Origin: Gemmatimonadales bacterium
GTDB lineage: Bacteria; Gemmatimonadota; Gemmatimonadetes; Gemmatimonadales; GWC2-71-9
Direction: 5' to 3'
Length of the DNA stretch: 64,000 nt
Assembly (NCBI GenBank): GCA_965249575.1
Contig: OZ252244.1
Coordinates: 1,120,001 to 1,184,000 of the forward strand
Shown here: positions 40,382-50,726 of the stretch, piece by piece
How the letters are laid out: each line of letters begins with the position of its first letter
Position numbering within the stretch: position 1 is the stretch's first letter
Notes under the pieces: model-generated
The model's database searches: none
Seen by the model: only the letters and a program-made list of their open reading frames with translations
What the model was told of the DNA's origin: nothing
Made by a program: the position numbers and the translations under genes

Positions 40382-40918
40382 ATGGTAATCGACGGCTTCG
40401 GCCCGGGCGGTGCGTACCGCACGCGACTCCTCACACCACCGGACCTGCGCGATCTCCAGGCGCTGTTCGAGCGCGCCACGGACTATTTCGAGCTCGCCAC
40501 GGGGAAACCGCCGGCGCGTGACGAAGCGCCCAGGGCGTTCGTAGCCGGGCCGACGACGAAGCAAGTCACCGACAAGCGTGTGATCGGCATAATCGCACGT
40601 GGAGGCGGGTTGGTCGGTGTACTCGACGCAATCGTCGACTGGCCCTCGGACGGAGAGTGGACGATGGGCATGCTGTTGCTCGATCCCGCGCATCGCGGTC
40701 TCGGCGTGGGGTCCGCGGTACTCTCCTCCTATGAAGCATGGGCCGCTCAACACGGTGTGCACAGACTGCGGACGGCCGTTGTTTCGCGTCACCAACGGGG
40801 CATCGATTTCCTCACGCGGAGCGGATATTCACCCGTTTCCCCACCTGAATCGACTGCCGCAGGGAGCCCGTCCGAGGGAGTGACCTTCTTAATCAAACGC
40901 ACAAAAAGCTTGTCCTAG
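40382..40918 (+). CDS. GNAT family acetyltransferase
   Basis: LLLDPAHRGLGVG motif A. Confidence 0.9.
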   Translation: MVIDGFGPGGAYRTRLLTPPDLRDLQALFERATDYFELATGKPPARDEAPRAFVAGPTTKQVTDKRVIGIIARGGGLVGVLDAIVDWPSDGEWTMGMLLLDPAHRGLGVGSAVLSSYEAWAAQHGVHRLRTAVVSRHQRGIDFLTRSGYSPVSPPESTAAGSPSEGVTFLIKRTKSLS

Positions 40919-40991
40919 GGAAAGAAACATTTACTTTGGATGCGTGTTGGGGCTGGTTTTCAACCACTCACCACGTTCTCCGAGGTCCGAA

Positions 40992-41579
40992 ATGGCAGCG
41001 AAAAGAAAGAAAAGGGCAGCGAAGAAGAAGGTGAAGCGCAAGGTCAAGAAGACCGCATCGCGGAAGAAGGCCGCCAGAAGAAAACCGGCGCGCAAGAAGG
41101 CCGCTAGGAGAAAGCCAGCGAAGAAGAAGGCGGCTAGGAGAAAGCCGGCGCGGAAGAAAGCCACCCGGCGGAAGAAGGCGACACGACGGAAGACGACGCG
41201 CAGAAAGACCACGCGACGCAAGACAGCCCGCAAGAAGCCGACGCGTCGGAAAGCTGCGCGGAAGAAACCCGCCAGGAAGAAGGCGGCAAAACGAGCCAAG
41301 AAGTCGAGGAGGAAAGTGAAATCCAAACGCAAGCCCAACGCGGCGTTCATGAAGCCGATGCAGCCGGACGCGGCATTGTCCGCGGTGGTCGGCACCAAGC
41401 CGATTCCGCGAACAGAAGTGACGAAGAAGCTGTGGGCCTACATTAAGCGAAAGGGCCTGCAGGACAGCAAGAACCGGCGGATGATCAACGCGGACGCAAA
41501 CCTGAAGCCGGTGTTCAACGGTAGGTCGCAGGTCAGCATGTTTGAGATGACGAAGTTGGTCAACCGCCATTTCGAGTAG
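40992..41579 (+). CDS. SWIB/MDM2 domain protein with histone H1-like K/R/A-rich N-terminus
   Basis: RTEVTKKLWAYIK..LQD..NRRMINAD, VSMFEMTK; KKAARRKPA repeats. Confidence 0.95.
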   Translation: MAAKRKKRAAKKKVKRKVKKTASRKKAARRKPARKKAARRKPAKKKAARRKPARKKATRRKKATRRKTTRRKTTRRKTARKKPTRRKAARKKPARKKAAKRAKKSRRKVKSKRKPNAAFMKPMQPDAALSAVVGTKPIPRTEVTKKLWAYIKRKGLQDSKNRRMINADANLKPVFNGRSQVSMFEMTKLVNRHFE

Positions 41580-41635
41580 CAGAAAGGGAGTTGCGGTACA
41601 GCAGGGCTTCCTAGGAAGTCATCCAGCCCCGTAGG

Positions 41636-41661
41636 GGGGGTCGGCGCGCTCGCCGACCCCC
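41636..41661. terminator. GC hairpin between convergent genes
   Basis: GGGGGTCGGCG-cgct-CGCCGACCCCC. Confidence 0.6.
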
Positions 41662-41706
41662 AACGAGGCCCCCCCGTCACGGCACTCCGCTCCCAACCGG
41701 ACTACC

Positions 41707-42318
41707 TCAAAACAACTTGAGCTGGACGACCGGAGTGAACGACGTGCGGTGGTGCTTCGTCGGTCCTTGATGATCGAGCGCCGCGAGGTGATCGGCGGTC
41801 GCATATCCCTTGTTGGCATCCCACCCGAAGGCGGGATATCGCCGACCCAGCAGCGACATCAAGCGATCCCGAACGACCTTCGCGATGACGGACGCGGCGG
41901 CGATCGTGAGGCAGGAGCCGTCGCCCTTGACCAGCGCCTCGTGACGCCCCAGCTCCGGTAGTGGGGCGCCGTCGATGAGGACGTAGTCGGGTTCCACGCC
42001 AAGGCGGGCCAAGGTGCGCCGCATGGCGAGAATGGTTGCGCGCCGGATGTTGATGCGGTCGATCTCGCGAACGGACGCCGCGGCAACCGACCACGCCAGC
42101 GCGCTCGCGCGGATCGCCGTCGCGACACGCTCTCGTTGGAGGGCGGTCATCTGCTTCGAATCGCGGAGATCGTCGATGACCTGCTGCGCGGGCCGGAAGA
42201 CGACCGCGGCGGCGACGACGGGTCCGGCAATCGGACCGCGCCCCACCTCGTCGACACCCGCAACGAACTTGCGTCCCGCCGCCCAGAGAGCGTTCTCACG
42301 CTCAAGCGTCGGGGTCAC
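41707..42318 (-). CDS. rnhB: Ribonuclease HII
   Basis: GVDEVGRGP.AGPV, DSK, KGD, IAAASVIAKV. Confidence 0.97.
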   Translation of the reverse strand: MTPTLERENALWAAGRKFVAGVDEVGRGPIAGPVVAAAVVFRPAQQVIDDLRDSKQMTALQRERVATAIRASALAWSVAAASVREIDRINIRRATILAMRRTLARLGVEPDYVLIDGAPLPELGRHEALVKGDGSCLTIAAASVIAKVVRDRLMSLLGRRYPAFGWDANKGYATADHLAALDHQGPTKHHRTSFTPVVQLKLF

Positions 42319-42322
42319 GACC

Positions 42323-42670
42323 TTACTTCTCTTTGCGCTCCCGAATCCGTGCGGCCTTGCCGGCGAGTTTCCGAAGGTAGTAGAGCTTCGCGCGCCTTAC
42401 CCGCCCACGTCGAACCACGTTGATGCCAGAGAGGCTCGGGGAATGTACGGGGAAGATCCGCTCGACTCCAACGCCGCCGGATACCTTGCGCACTGTGAAT
42501 GTTTCGCTGATACCCGCGCCCCTGCGCCCGATACACACTCCCTCGAAAGCCTGCAGCCGCTCCTTCTCACCCTCGCGAACTCGAACCATTACCCGAACCG
42601 TGTCGCCGGGATCGAAGGCAGGGAGGTCGTCGCGCAGGCCTTCACGCTGGATATCCGATAACTGCGTCAT
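42323..42670 (-). CDS. rplS: 50S ribosomal protein L19
   Basis: [29 protein letters not shown]. Confidence 0.99.
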   Translation of the reverse strand: MTQLSDIQREGLRDDLPAFDPGDTVRVMVRVREGEKERLQAFEGVCIGRRGAGISETFTVRKVSGGVGVERIFPVHSPSLSGINVVRRGRVRRAKLYYLRKLAGKAARIRERKEK

Positions 42671-42686
42671 GGTGTTCCTCGTTCCT

Positions 42687-43388
42687 CTATGGCCCTGCGG
42701 GCTCCTGTTCGTCCAGGTAACGCGCCCAGAGATCCGGACGTCGTTGTTTCGTCAGCCGTTCGGCCTCGGCTCGGCGCCACGCGACGATCTTCGCGTGGTC
42801 GCCCCGAACGAGGACATCGGGAACCGCCAGGCCCCGGTAGCGCGGCGGCCTCGTGTAACTAGGGGGGCTGAGCAGGCCGTCATAGAATGAATCCGTCGCG
42901 GCCGACTCGTGGTCACCGAGCGCTCCTGGGAGCAAACGGACCACCGCGTCGATCACGACGAGCGCAGCGACCTCTCCGCCCGACAACACGAACTCCCCCA
43001 CCGATATCTCCTCGACTCCTTCGCGCTCCGTCACGCGTGCGTCGATGTCCTTGTAGTGACCGCACAGCAGCGTCAACTCGCTCTCCAGGCTGAGCCGCAC
43101 GGCATCCTGATGCCGGAACGGCGCGCCGCGGGCTGACAGCAAAACGACCGGCCCACTCGGATCGACCTCGTCCAGCGCCTCGAAGAACGGCTCGGGCTTC
43201 AGCACCATTCCCGCTCCACCACCGTATGCATAGTCATCGACCGTACGGTGCCGGTCACGGGTGTGCTCGCGCAGGTCGACCGTACGGTACACGACGAGTG
43301 CAGCGTGCTCCGCCCGCCCCAGCACGCTCGTTCGGAGCGGCTCCCGAAAAAACTCCGGGAAGAGCGTGACGACGTTGATTCGGAGCAC
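42687..43388 (-). CDS. trmD: tRNA (guanine37-N1)-methyltransferase
   Basis: [25 protein letters not shown]. Confidence 0.98.
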   Translation of the reverse strand: MLRINVVTLFPEFFREPLRTSVLGRAEHAALVVYRTVDLREHTRDRHRTVDDYAYGGGAGMVLKPEPFFEALDEVDPSGPVVLLSARGAPFRHQDAVRLSLESELTLLCGHYKDIDARVTEREGVEEISVGEFVLSGGEVAALVVIDAVVRLLPGALGDHESAATDSFYDGLLSPPSYTRPPRYRGLAVPDVLVRGDHAKIVAWRRAEAERLTKQRRPDLWARYLDEQEPAGP

Positions 43389-43390
43389 CG

Positions 43391-43939
43391 TTACAAATCC
43401 AATAGCCCCGGCGGAGGGTCTATCTCGATGCGCCGGGCCGCTCGATCGACGCTCAGCACGATCGGTTTCCTGAACGGAATCAGGTGGTCTCCCGAATCGC
43501 CCCGGACTTCCAGAAGCTCGCCGCCCGGCACCGAGGTGAGACGACGCGCGACTCCGATCACCTGCCCGTGCGCCACGACTTCGACTCCCGCGATCTCGTG
43601 TACGTACATCTGCTCTTTACCTGGCGGCTGTAACTCCCTTTGCGGAACACCCAGGATTGCCTGCCGCCAGGTGTCCGCCGTGTCGCGGTCTTCGACCGTC
43701 TCCAGCTTCAGCAGCCATTGCCGCTGAAACGGCCGGCTGCGCTCGATCACGACCGGCTCGCCGACCCGGTGCCCCTCTTCGTTCAGCGGGGACAGCGCGC
43801 AGCCGGTCGCGAGGACTGCGGTGGGCTCGTCCGTGAGCACCCACACGGCTAACTCGCCCTTCAGCCCGTGCGGCTTCTGGACCCGGGCAACCGCGAGATA
43901 CGTGTCCTGGTCGATACGCTCAGCTTCCCGCCGGGGCAT
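43391..43939 (-). CDS. rimM: Ribosome maturation factor RimM
   Basis: KPHGLKGE, LIPF, PPGLL; synteny. Confidence 0.95.
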   Translation of the reverse strand: MPRREAERIDQDTYLAVARVQKPHGLKGELAVWVLTDEPTAVLATGCALSPLNEEGHRVGEPVVIERSRPFQRQWLLKLETVEDRDTADTWRQAILGVPQRELQPPGKEQMYVHEIAGVEVVAHGQVIGVARRLTSVPGGELLEVRGDSGDHLIPFRKPIVLSVDRAARRIEIDPPPGLLDL

Positions 43940-44180
43940 TGAAGACTCCGGCTTTCTTCAGGAGCGACCGTACCGTATCACTTGGGGTCGCGCCCCGGGC
44001 CAACCACTCTCGCGCCTTCTCAGCATTCACTTCGAGCGTGACCGGCGTCGATCGCGGGTTGTAGTGGCCGAGCGTCTCGATGGACATCCCACTCCCAGTC
44101 GATTCCCGCTCCGCCACGACAATACGGTATGTCGGCTGTCCCTTCCGGCCGATTCGGCGCAGACGAATACGTGTTGGCAT
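43920..44180 (-). CDS. rpsP: 30S ribosomal protein S16
   Basis: IRLRRIG, YRIVVA, GATPSDTV. Confidence 0.98.
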   Translation of the reverse strand: MPTRIRLRRIGRKGQPTYRIVVAERESTGSGMSIETLGHYNPRSTPVTLEVNAEKAREWLARGATPSDTVRSLLKKAGVFNAPAGS

Positions 44181-44188
44181 GTCCGGTG

Positions 44189-45514
44189 CTATCCTCCCAA
44201 TTGCTGAAAGCTGCGCTTCCCCATTCCCTGCATCATCCGCTTCATCTGATCGAACTGGTTGATCAGCGAGTTCACTTCCTGAACCGTGCGCCCAGCCCCC
44301 CGCGCGATTCGCAATCGGCGGGAGCCGTTCAGGATATCAGGCCGCCGGCGCTCTTCGGGCGTCATGGAGAGCACGATAGCCTCGATGTGCTTGATCCGCT
44401 TCGGATCGACCTTCGCCTGCTTGAGCGCTTGGGCGTTGACTCCTGGCAACATGCCGAGCAGCGACTCCAACGGGCCCATGCCCTGTACCTGCCGCATCGC
44501 TGACAGGAAGTCCTCGAGGTCCATGCCCCGTTTCGAGGCCGCCCGTTTGGCGACTCTCGTCGCCTCCTCCGCGTCGACTGCCAGCTGCGCGCGCTCCACC
44601 AACCCCACGATGTCACCACGCTGTAGGATTCGTCCCGCCATGCTCTCTGGGTCGAACGTCTCGAGCGCGTCGAGCCGCTCTCCGACTCCGACGAACTTGA
44701 TCGGTGCGCCGGTCACACCGAAGATCGATAGAGCCGCCCCGCCCCGGGCGTCGCCGTCGAGCTTCGTGAGAATCACGCCGGTGAGGTCCAGTGCCTCGTT
44801 GAATCCCTGGGCGATCCGCACCGCGTCCTGCCCGGTCATGGAATCGGCCACCAGGAGAATCTCGTGGGGCTTGACCGCATCCTTCAAGCGTCGGAGTTCG
44901 GTCATCATCTCTTCATCGACCTGGAGCCGGCCGGCCGTGTCGATGAGCACGGTCCGCGCCCTGGCGTGCCCCGCCGACTTGATTCCCTCTTGCACCAGCG
45001 ACAGAACATCGCCGTCGGATCCGTGATCGGAAGGGCCGAACACCGGCACATCAATCGAACGTCCCAACTGCCGGAGTTGCTCTTCTGCCGCTGGGCGATA
45101 AACGTCCGCGGCCACCAGGAACGGAGCTTTTTGTTCCCGCTTGAGCCGCGCCGCCAGCTTGGCCCCCGTCGTGGTTTTGCCGGATCCCTGGAGTCCGACC
45201 AGGAATACCACGGTCGGAGGCACCGAGGCAAATCCGATTGGTGCGCGCTTTTCCCCCAGCACCGACACCAACTCGTCGTGCACGATCTTGACGAGCTGCT
45301 CCCCGGGGTTCACGGCCTTGACCCGATCGAGCCCCACCGCGCGCCCCCGGACCCGCTCCACAAAAGAACGGCTGATCTCGACGCTCACGTCCGCTTCGAG
45401 GAGCGCGCGGCGGATCTCCCGGAGCCCATCGGTAATGGCCTGCTCCGTGAGCACCCCGCGACTCGCCAGCCCCTTGAGGACACCGGTGAGCCGTGCCGAC
45501 AGAGTGGACAGCAT
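44189..45514 (-). CDS. ffh: Signal recognition particle protein
   Basis: GLQGSGKTT, DTAGR, TKLDGDARGG, M domain. Confidence 0.99.
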   Translation of the reverse strand: MLSTLSARLTGVLKGLASRGVLTEQAITDGLREIRRALLEADVSVEISRSFVERVRGRAVGLDRVKAVNPGEQLVKIVHDELVSVLGEKRAPIGFASVPPTVVFLVGLQGSGKTTTGAKLAARLKREQKAPFLVAADVYRPAAEEQLRQLGRSIDVPVFGPSDHGSDGDVLSLVQEGIKSAGHARARTVLIDTAGRLQVDEEMMTELRRLKDAVKPHEILLVADSMTGQDAVRIAQGFNEALDLTGVILTKLDGDARGGAALSIFGVTGAPIKFVGVGERLDALETFDPESMAGRILQRGDIVGLVERAQLAVDAEEATRVAKRAASKRGMDLEDFLSAMRQVQGMGPLESLLGMLPGVNAQALKQAKVDPKRIKHIEAIVLSMTPEERRRPDILNGSRRLRIARGAGRTVQEVNSLINQFDQMKRMMQGMGKRSFQQLGG

Positions 45515-45606
45515 AGCCTTCTAATATAGATGTGGGGAGGAGCGCGGCCAACTGAGGGGAAGCTGGCGGCCGCGACGGGGGGAGGAACCGGGGGCGATAC
45601 GGCCGC

Positions 45607-46935
45607 CTACTGCACGCTCTCGCTCCCGGCCATCTGCGCCGGTGGGGCCTGGCCCTCCGTCAGGGGGAACAAATCCTCTCCCTCCGACCGCGCCACGAAC
45701 GAAGCCGCGGAGAGATCTCCCGTCACGTTCACTGCCGTACGGCACATGTCCAGGATCCGGTCCACGCCCAGAATCAACGCGATTCCCGTTTCCGGCACCT
45801 GAGCCTGCTGTAAGACGATCGCGAGCGTCACGATCCCGGAGCTTGGCACGCCCGCGGCTCCAATGGACGCCAGGGTCGCGGTCAAGACCACGGCGAGCTG
45901 AGCGGTCCACGGAAGGTCGATGCCGAACACCTGGGCGATGAACATGACGGCTACTCCCTGGTACAGGGCCGTACCGTCCATGTTGATCGTAGCGCCGAGG
46001 GGGAGGACGAAGCTGGAAACGCGGCTCGAGACGCCCAAATTTTCCTGCGCGATCTTCATCGTCACTGGAAGGGCGGCGTTCGAGCTCGACGTCGAGAACG
46101 CAAGGACCTGCGCGCCCCGAATGACGGGGTAGAAACGCAGTGGATTCACGCGCGCGAGAAACCGTAGCGCGAGGCCGTACGTACCAAAGGCGTGCAAGCC
46201 GAGGCCGACCAAGACCGTCACGCTGTAGACCAGGAGGGATCGGAGGATGTCGAAGCCGAATCGCGCCGTGATCGCGGCGATCAGCGCGAAGACCGCATAC
46301 GGGGCTAGCTTCATGATCCAAAGGATCATCGTCATCGAGACTTCATTGACCGCTTCGAAGAACCCCAGTAGCGACCGTTTCCGCTCCGGAGCGAGAATTG
46401 CGGCCGCCGCGCCGAACAGGAGCGTGAACATGATGAGCGGGAGCATGTCCCCTTCGGCCGCGGCGGCGAAGGGATTCGACGGGATGATCGAGAGCAGGAG
46501 GTCCACGATGCCCGGCGCATCCTGGGCCAGCGTTACGTGACCCTGCACGTCGCCGCCATAGGCGTCGAGCAGGGCGGTTTTCGCGTCTTCCGGAATGCCG
46601 CTGCCGGGTTTCACCAAATTGGAAAGCACCAATCCGATGGTGACCGCGACCGCCGTCGTCGCGAGGTAGTAAAGCACCGTCTTGCCACCCACCCTCCCGA
46701 GGGTGCGGAGATCTCCCAGGCTCGCTGCGCCGACGACCAGACTCGCGACGACCAGCGGAATGACAACCATAGTGATGAGACGAATGAACGCGACGCCAGC
46801 GGGCTCGAGTTGCCGCAGGACGTCCACCGGCGCGGTGAATCCGGTCGAGGCAGCCACCAGATTGGCGCCCACTCCCGCCACTGCCCCCGCGAGCAGTCCG
46901 ATCGAGATCTTCGTGTGTAGCCGCATTCTCACCAC
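45607..46935 (-). CDS. Dicarboxylate/amino acid:cation symporter
   Basis: AFSTSSS, GATINMDGTA. Confidence 0.97.
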   Translation of the reverse strand: MVRMRLHTKISIGLLAGAVAGVGANLVAASTGFTAPVDVLRQLEPAGVAFIRLITMVVIPLVVASLVVGAASLGDLRTLGRVGGKTVLYYLATTAVAVTIGLVLSNLVKPGSGIPEDAKTALLDAYGGDVQGHVTLAQDAPGIVDLLLSIIPSNPFAAAAEGDMLPLIMFTLLFGAAAAILAPERKRSLLGFFEAVNEVSMTMILWIMKLAPYAVFALIAAITARFGFDILRSLLVYSVTVLVGLGLHAFGTYGLALRFLARVNPLRFYPVIRGAQVLAFSTSSSNAALPVTMKIAQENLGVSSRVSSFVLPLGATINMDGTALYQGVAVMFIAQVFGIDLPWTAQLAVVLTATLASIGAAGVPSSGIVTLAIVLQQAQVPETGIALILGVDRILDMCRTAVNVTGDLSAASFVARSEGEDLFPLTEGQAPPAQMAGSESVQ

Positions 46936-46958
46936 CTTACACTCTGACGGGACCGGAA

Positions 46959-48524
46959 GTGCCGACTGATTCGGCCTGGCTCCAGGCGGCCATCACGATC
47001 GGTTTCGGGGCGCTCGCGGGTGGCATCACCAACGCGCTCGCGATCTGGATGCTCTTCCACCCGTACACGGCGCGCGGGTTGGGCCGCTTCAAGATACACG
47101 GCGCGATCCCCAAAAACCGGGCTCGGCTCGCGAAAACCATTGGGCGCACGGTCGGCCAGCGGCTGATCACCTCGGAGGACCTCGGCCGCCAGTTGAGCGC
47201 GCCGGAAATCCGCGCGGCCTTCGATCGAGCGGTCGGGAAGTTCGTCGCCGAGATCATCGAGCCCGAGCGTGGCTCGCTGCGACAGGAGCTGCCTCAGGGC
47301 CTGTACGCTGAGATCGCGCGCGCGCTCGAAGCCGTGGCCCCCGCGATCGCCGACCGGTTCATAGAGTTCGCCTCCACGGACGAGTTCACGGCCGCGGTCG
47401 GCAGGGGGCTCGAGCGAGCCGCGGAGGAGTGGGCCGACCGACCAGTGGGCGAGGTGCTGACGACCGAGCGCCGAGCCGCGATGCGCGAGCGAGTCGAACA
47501 GTGGGTCGCGAACGCGGTGTCGAGCGAGGACCTCGACCGAACGATCGGTGGCTGGATCGATCGGCAGCTCGAGACCCTGGCGGCCGACCGCAACCCGTTG
47601 CTGGATCGGCTGCCAGCGGGCCTCGTGGGAGCCGTTGAGAGGGCGATCGCCAATTACTTACCGGTCGCCCTGGAGCGTCTCGCGGCGGTGCTCGCCGATC
47701 CCGACGCGAGGCTCCGTATCGAGCGCGCGCTGCACAAACTCTTCGAGCGCTTCGTGCAGGACCTTCTCATCCATCAGCGGATCGTGGCTCGATTGGTCGT
47801 GACTGAGAGGACCATCGCGCGTCTCCTCGAGAACTTCGAGAAAGAAGGAGTGGATGAGCTCGCTCGTCTCCTGGACGAGCCGGAGATGCGGGCGCACGTG
47901 GCGCGAAGCGTTAACGACGCCGTCGTGAAGTTCCTCCGCAAGCCGTTGGCCGATCATCTCCAGGCCTTGGGAACCGAGCGGGTCCGAGGGCTGCGATCGA
48001 CCGCCACCGGATACGTTGCCGCCGCCCTCCGTGACGAAGCCACGCGAGGCTACGCCATAGAGCGACTGGACCACGCGCTGTTGGGAAACGAGCAGCGTAC
48101 GTGGGGTGACCTGTGGCGCCACCTCCCGCGCGAGCGCGCCGCGTCTTGGATTGCACAGGCGCTCGCGAGCCCGGCCCCGCGGCAATGGATCGCCGAGGGC
48201 ACGCAGTCGGCGATCACCTACCTGATGGACCGCCCGATAGGCAGCCCGTCGGCCTGGCTTCCCGAGGACAGCTCGCGGCGGATCACCGAGGCCCTGGCCC
48301 CGGTGTTGTGGGAATGGATTCAGCGCCAGGTGCCGGTTGTGGTGGAACAGGTGGATGTCGCCACCATGGTCGAGCACAAAGTGCTGGCGTTCTCACTCGC
48401 GCGGGTCGAAGAGCTGGTTCGCTCCACGACACAACGAGAGCTCGATCTGATCGTGAAGCTAGGTTACCTGTTGGGAGCCATCGTGGGATCGGCGGCTTTC
48501 GCCACCACCAGGCTGCTCGCCTAG
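46959..48524 (+). CDS. DUF445 family membrane protein
   Basis: TNALAIWMLFHP, ELDLIVKLG.LLGAIVG. Confidence 0.9.
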   Translation: MPTDSAWLQAAITIGFGALAGGITNALAIWMLFHPYTARGLGRFKIHGAIPKNRARLAKTIGRTVGQRLITSEDLGRQLSAPEIRAAFDRAVGKFVAEIIEPERGSLRQELPQGLYAEIARALEAVAPAIADRFIEFASTDEFTAAVGRGLERAAEEWADRPVGEVLTTERRAAMRERVEQWVANAVSSEDLDRTIGGWIDRQLETLAADRNPLLDRLPAGLVGAVERAIANYLPVALERLAAVLADPDARLRIERALHKLFERFVQDLLIHQRIVARLVVTERTIARLLENFEKEGVDELARLLDEPEMRAHVARSVNDAVVKFLRKPLADHLQALGTERVRGLRSTATGYVAAALRDEATRGYAIERLDHALLGNEQRTWGDLWRHLPRERAASWIAQALASPAPRQWIAEGTQSAITYLMDRPIGSPSAWLPEDSSRRITEALAPVLWEWIQRQVPVVVEQVDVATMVEHKVLAFSLARVEELVRSTTQRELDLIVKLGYLLGAIVGSAAFATTRLLA

Positions 48525-48534
48525 CCGGTCGACC

Positions 48535-49725
48535 TCACCGCACTTGCACCCGAGGGAGTTTCTTCCAGCCAGCCCAGTCCAACGGAGCGTCTACCAGCCG
48601 GACTCCGGCATGTCCATCGATGGCCATCTGCTCCACGACGTGCCGGCGCCCGGTTTTCGAAAGCTTGCCCCACTCCCGTCCGATCAAGTTCGCAAACCGT
48701 GCTGCGATCGGCTCGGTATCCCAGACCGTCCACCACACGAGAGCGAACCCGGCCTTTGCCTCGAACACCGCGTACCGGTCGCCCCCCCACCCAAGGGCAC
48801 CCGTGGCCCCCACCGACTCGCTCCCGCTCAACCCCGTGAGCAAGATGCGAGTCTCGAACTCCCCCAAGTTGTCCCGATAGATGGGATCATCGCCGATCAC
48901 GTGGAGATCGACGGGTCGGTCGCCCTTGAAGTAGTGCTCAGGATGAAGAATCTGCTCGGTGGAAGTGGGCAGGCGGGGCCCGAACGGAACCGTGTCCCGA
49001 TAGTTAGAGGCGAACCACCGAGCGAAGTCAGCCCCGGCCAAATATGGGAAGATCAGTCCTTCCCGGATCACCAGTGGCGCGGACGCGAGGACCGGCATCT
49101 GCAGCTGTTGGGCGCGAACCGTCGTGCGGTACTCCTGCCAGAAATCCCCCATCGCGCTCAGGTCTTGATCTGGCATCAGCGCGATCAGCGAGGCCAGCGT
49201 CGCCTGCCCCTCCATGACCGCCTGCGCGGCGGCCTTCCGGTCGTTCTCGTGCCGGATCGACAGGATCGAATCCAACGCGACGTATTGTCCCTGGAGCGCA
49301 TGGACCAGCTCGTGCGCCAGCACCACGCGCAGCTGGAAAGGGTCGGTCCCCTCGACGACGTAAAGCATGCTCGAATCGGGATCGAAATAGCCGACGACTT
49401 GCTCGGTATAGAGGGCCAGCAGCAGCGAACGTAGATCCAGTGTGTCGGGGATGAAGCCAAAGAGCCTGTAGGCAATCGAGACGCGCTCGAGCTCGTCCGG
49501 CGGAAAATCCGAGTCGAGCTTTCGGGTCAGGTAGCCATGGACCTCGCTGCGGGACCGTACCGCGATGCTCGGCGGTTCCTTGAACGGAAGCCCGACGGCG
49601 CGCTCCACCCTCGGGATGACCTGCTCGGCCATGACGTGGATCTGGTTCTTATCCTGTGTTTGTTCCCTCGTACAGCCACTAGCGAGCAGAGCCGCGAGAA
49701 GACCGATAGACGACAAGATGTGCAT
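48535..49725 (-). CDS. Putative zinc metallopeptidase lipoprotein
   Basis: LAHELVHALQ, EGQA, STEQILHP; lipobox. Confidence 0.8.
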   Translation of the reverse strand: MHILSSIGLLAALLASGCTREQTQDKNQIHVMAEQVIPRVERAVGLPFKEPPSIAVRSRSEVHGYLTRKLDSDFPPDELERVSIAYRLFGFIPDTLDLRSLLLALYTEQVVGYFDPDSSMLYVVEGTDPFQLRVVLAHELVHALQGQYVALDSILSIRHENDRKAAAQAVMEGQATLASLIALMPDQDLSAMGDFWQEYRTTVRAQQLQMPVLASAPLVIREGLIFPYLAGADFARWFASNYRDTVPFGPRLPTSTEQILHPEHYFKGDRPVDLHVIGDDPIYRDNLGEFETRILLTGLSGSESVGATGALGWGGDRYAVFEAKAGFALVWWTVWDTEPIAARFANLIGREWGKLSKTGRRHVVEQMAIDGHAGVRLVDAPLDWAGWKKLPRVQVR

Positions 49726-49876
49726 TTCCCTGGGGTCGCAGTTCGAATGGCGGCGCGCTGCCGCGCTGAATTGGTGCCTAGGATACCCCACAATAAGTAG
49801 AAGGTCCCAAAGAAACGACCCCGGCCGTTGAGGTCCGGGGTCACCCACGCGGTGGGCCTGATGCAGAGGTTTGCTG

Positions 49877-50713
49877 CTAGGAACCCCTGAGCAGAGAGAT
49901 CCCACCATTGACCGTTGAGAGATCCAGCACCGGGCCACCGCTTCCGATGGTCCCGGAAACCTGGCGTGGTCCGAACCGGCCGGTCACCGTCACGGGAAAG
50001 TCAAACTCCATGTCACCATTGACCGTCTTGGCTCGTACCTCCGCTCCGACGTCGGCGGGAAGCCTGAGCGCAATCCGGCCGTTGACGGTCGAGAACTCGA
50101 GCCCAGCCGGCCAATCGGACCGCCCCAACGATGCCTCGATGGAGCCGTTGACCGTGGACGCCTCCGCGAGTCCTCTGGTCGAGAGCTCGATATCGCCATT
50201 TACTGTCCGAGCGAGCACGTCGCTGTCAAGCGATTCTGCCAGCACGTCGCCATTGACGGTCCGCCCCGCGAACCGAACGCCACGAGGCACGCGCACCGTG
50301 AACCGCACGCGTACGTCGTTGTTCTCACTATTCATGTGTCCGTCGTCGCCGGCGCCGCACTCGTTTGACCGGCCGCGTCGCGCACTCGGGTACAGCGCAC
50401 AAATCGTCACACCGCCCTCGTGCTCGAGCACCTCGATCGACACGTCATCGGGGTCGCTCCGGCTGGACCGCTTCGCCGCGATGACCTCGACATGATCGTC
50501 GTCTGACGGCTCAGCCGTAACGTCCCCATTGACACCCTTGATTTCAATCGTCTTCCCGGAAGCCAAACGGCCGCGCCACTGGAACTCTCCTTGACTCTGC
50601 TCGAATTGGAGCGGCGCCAGTCCGATGTCAGAGCGAAGATTCATATTGTCGGACGTGCTAATGGCGGCGCCAACCGCTGCCACCGCGACTCCCAGGGCAG
50701 TGATGCCTCTCAT
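49877..50713 (-). CDS. DUF4097 beta-strand repeat protein
   Basis: Repeated TVNGD/TVNGS. Confidence 0.9.
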   Translation of the reverse strand: MRGITALGVAVAAVGAAISTSDNMNLRSDIGLAPLQFEQSQGEFQWRGRLASGKTIEIKGVNGDVTAEPSDDDHVEVIAAKRSSRSDPDDVSIEVLEHEGGVTICALYPSARRGRSNECGAGDDGHMNSENNDVRVRFTVRVPRGVRFAGRTVNGDVLAESLDSDVLARTVNGDIELSTRGLAEASTVNGSIEASLGRSDWPAGLEFSTVNGRIALRLPADVGAEVRAKTVNGDMEFDFPVTVTGRFGPRQVSGTIGSGGPVLDLSTVNGGISLLRGS

Positions 50714-50726
50714 AATCGGTAGGCTC

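Noticed and set aside
40931..41570. Hydrophobic minus-strand ORFs (FLRAVLRR repeats)
   Set aside because: Antisense shadows of the K/R/A-rich SWIB gene
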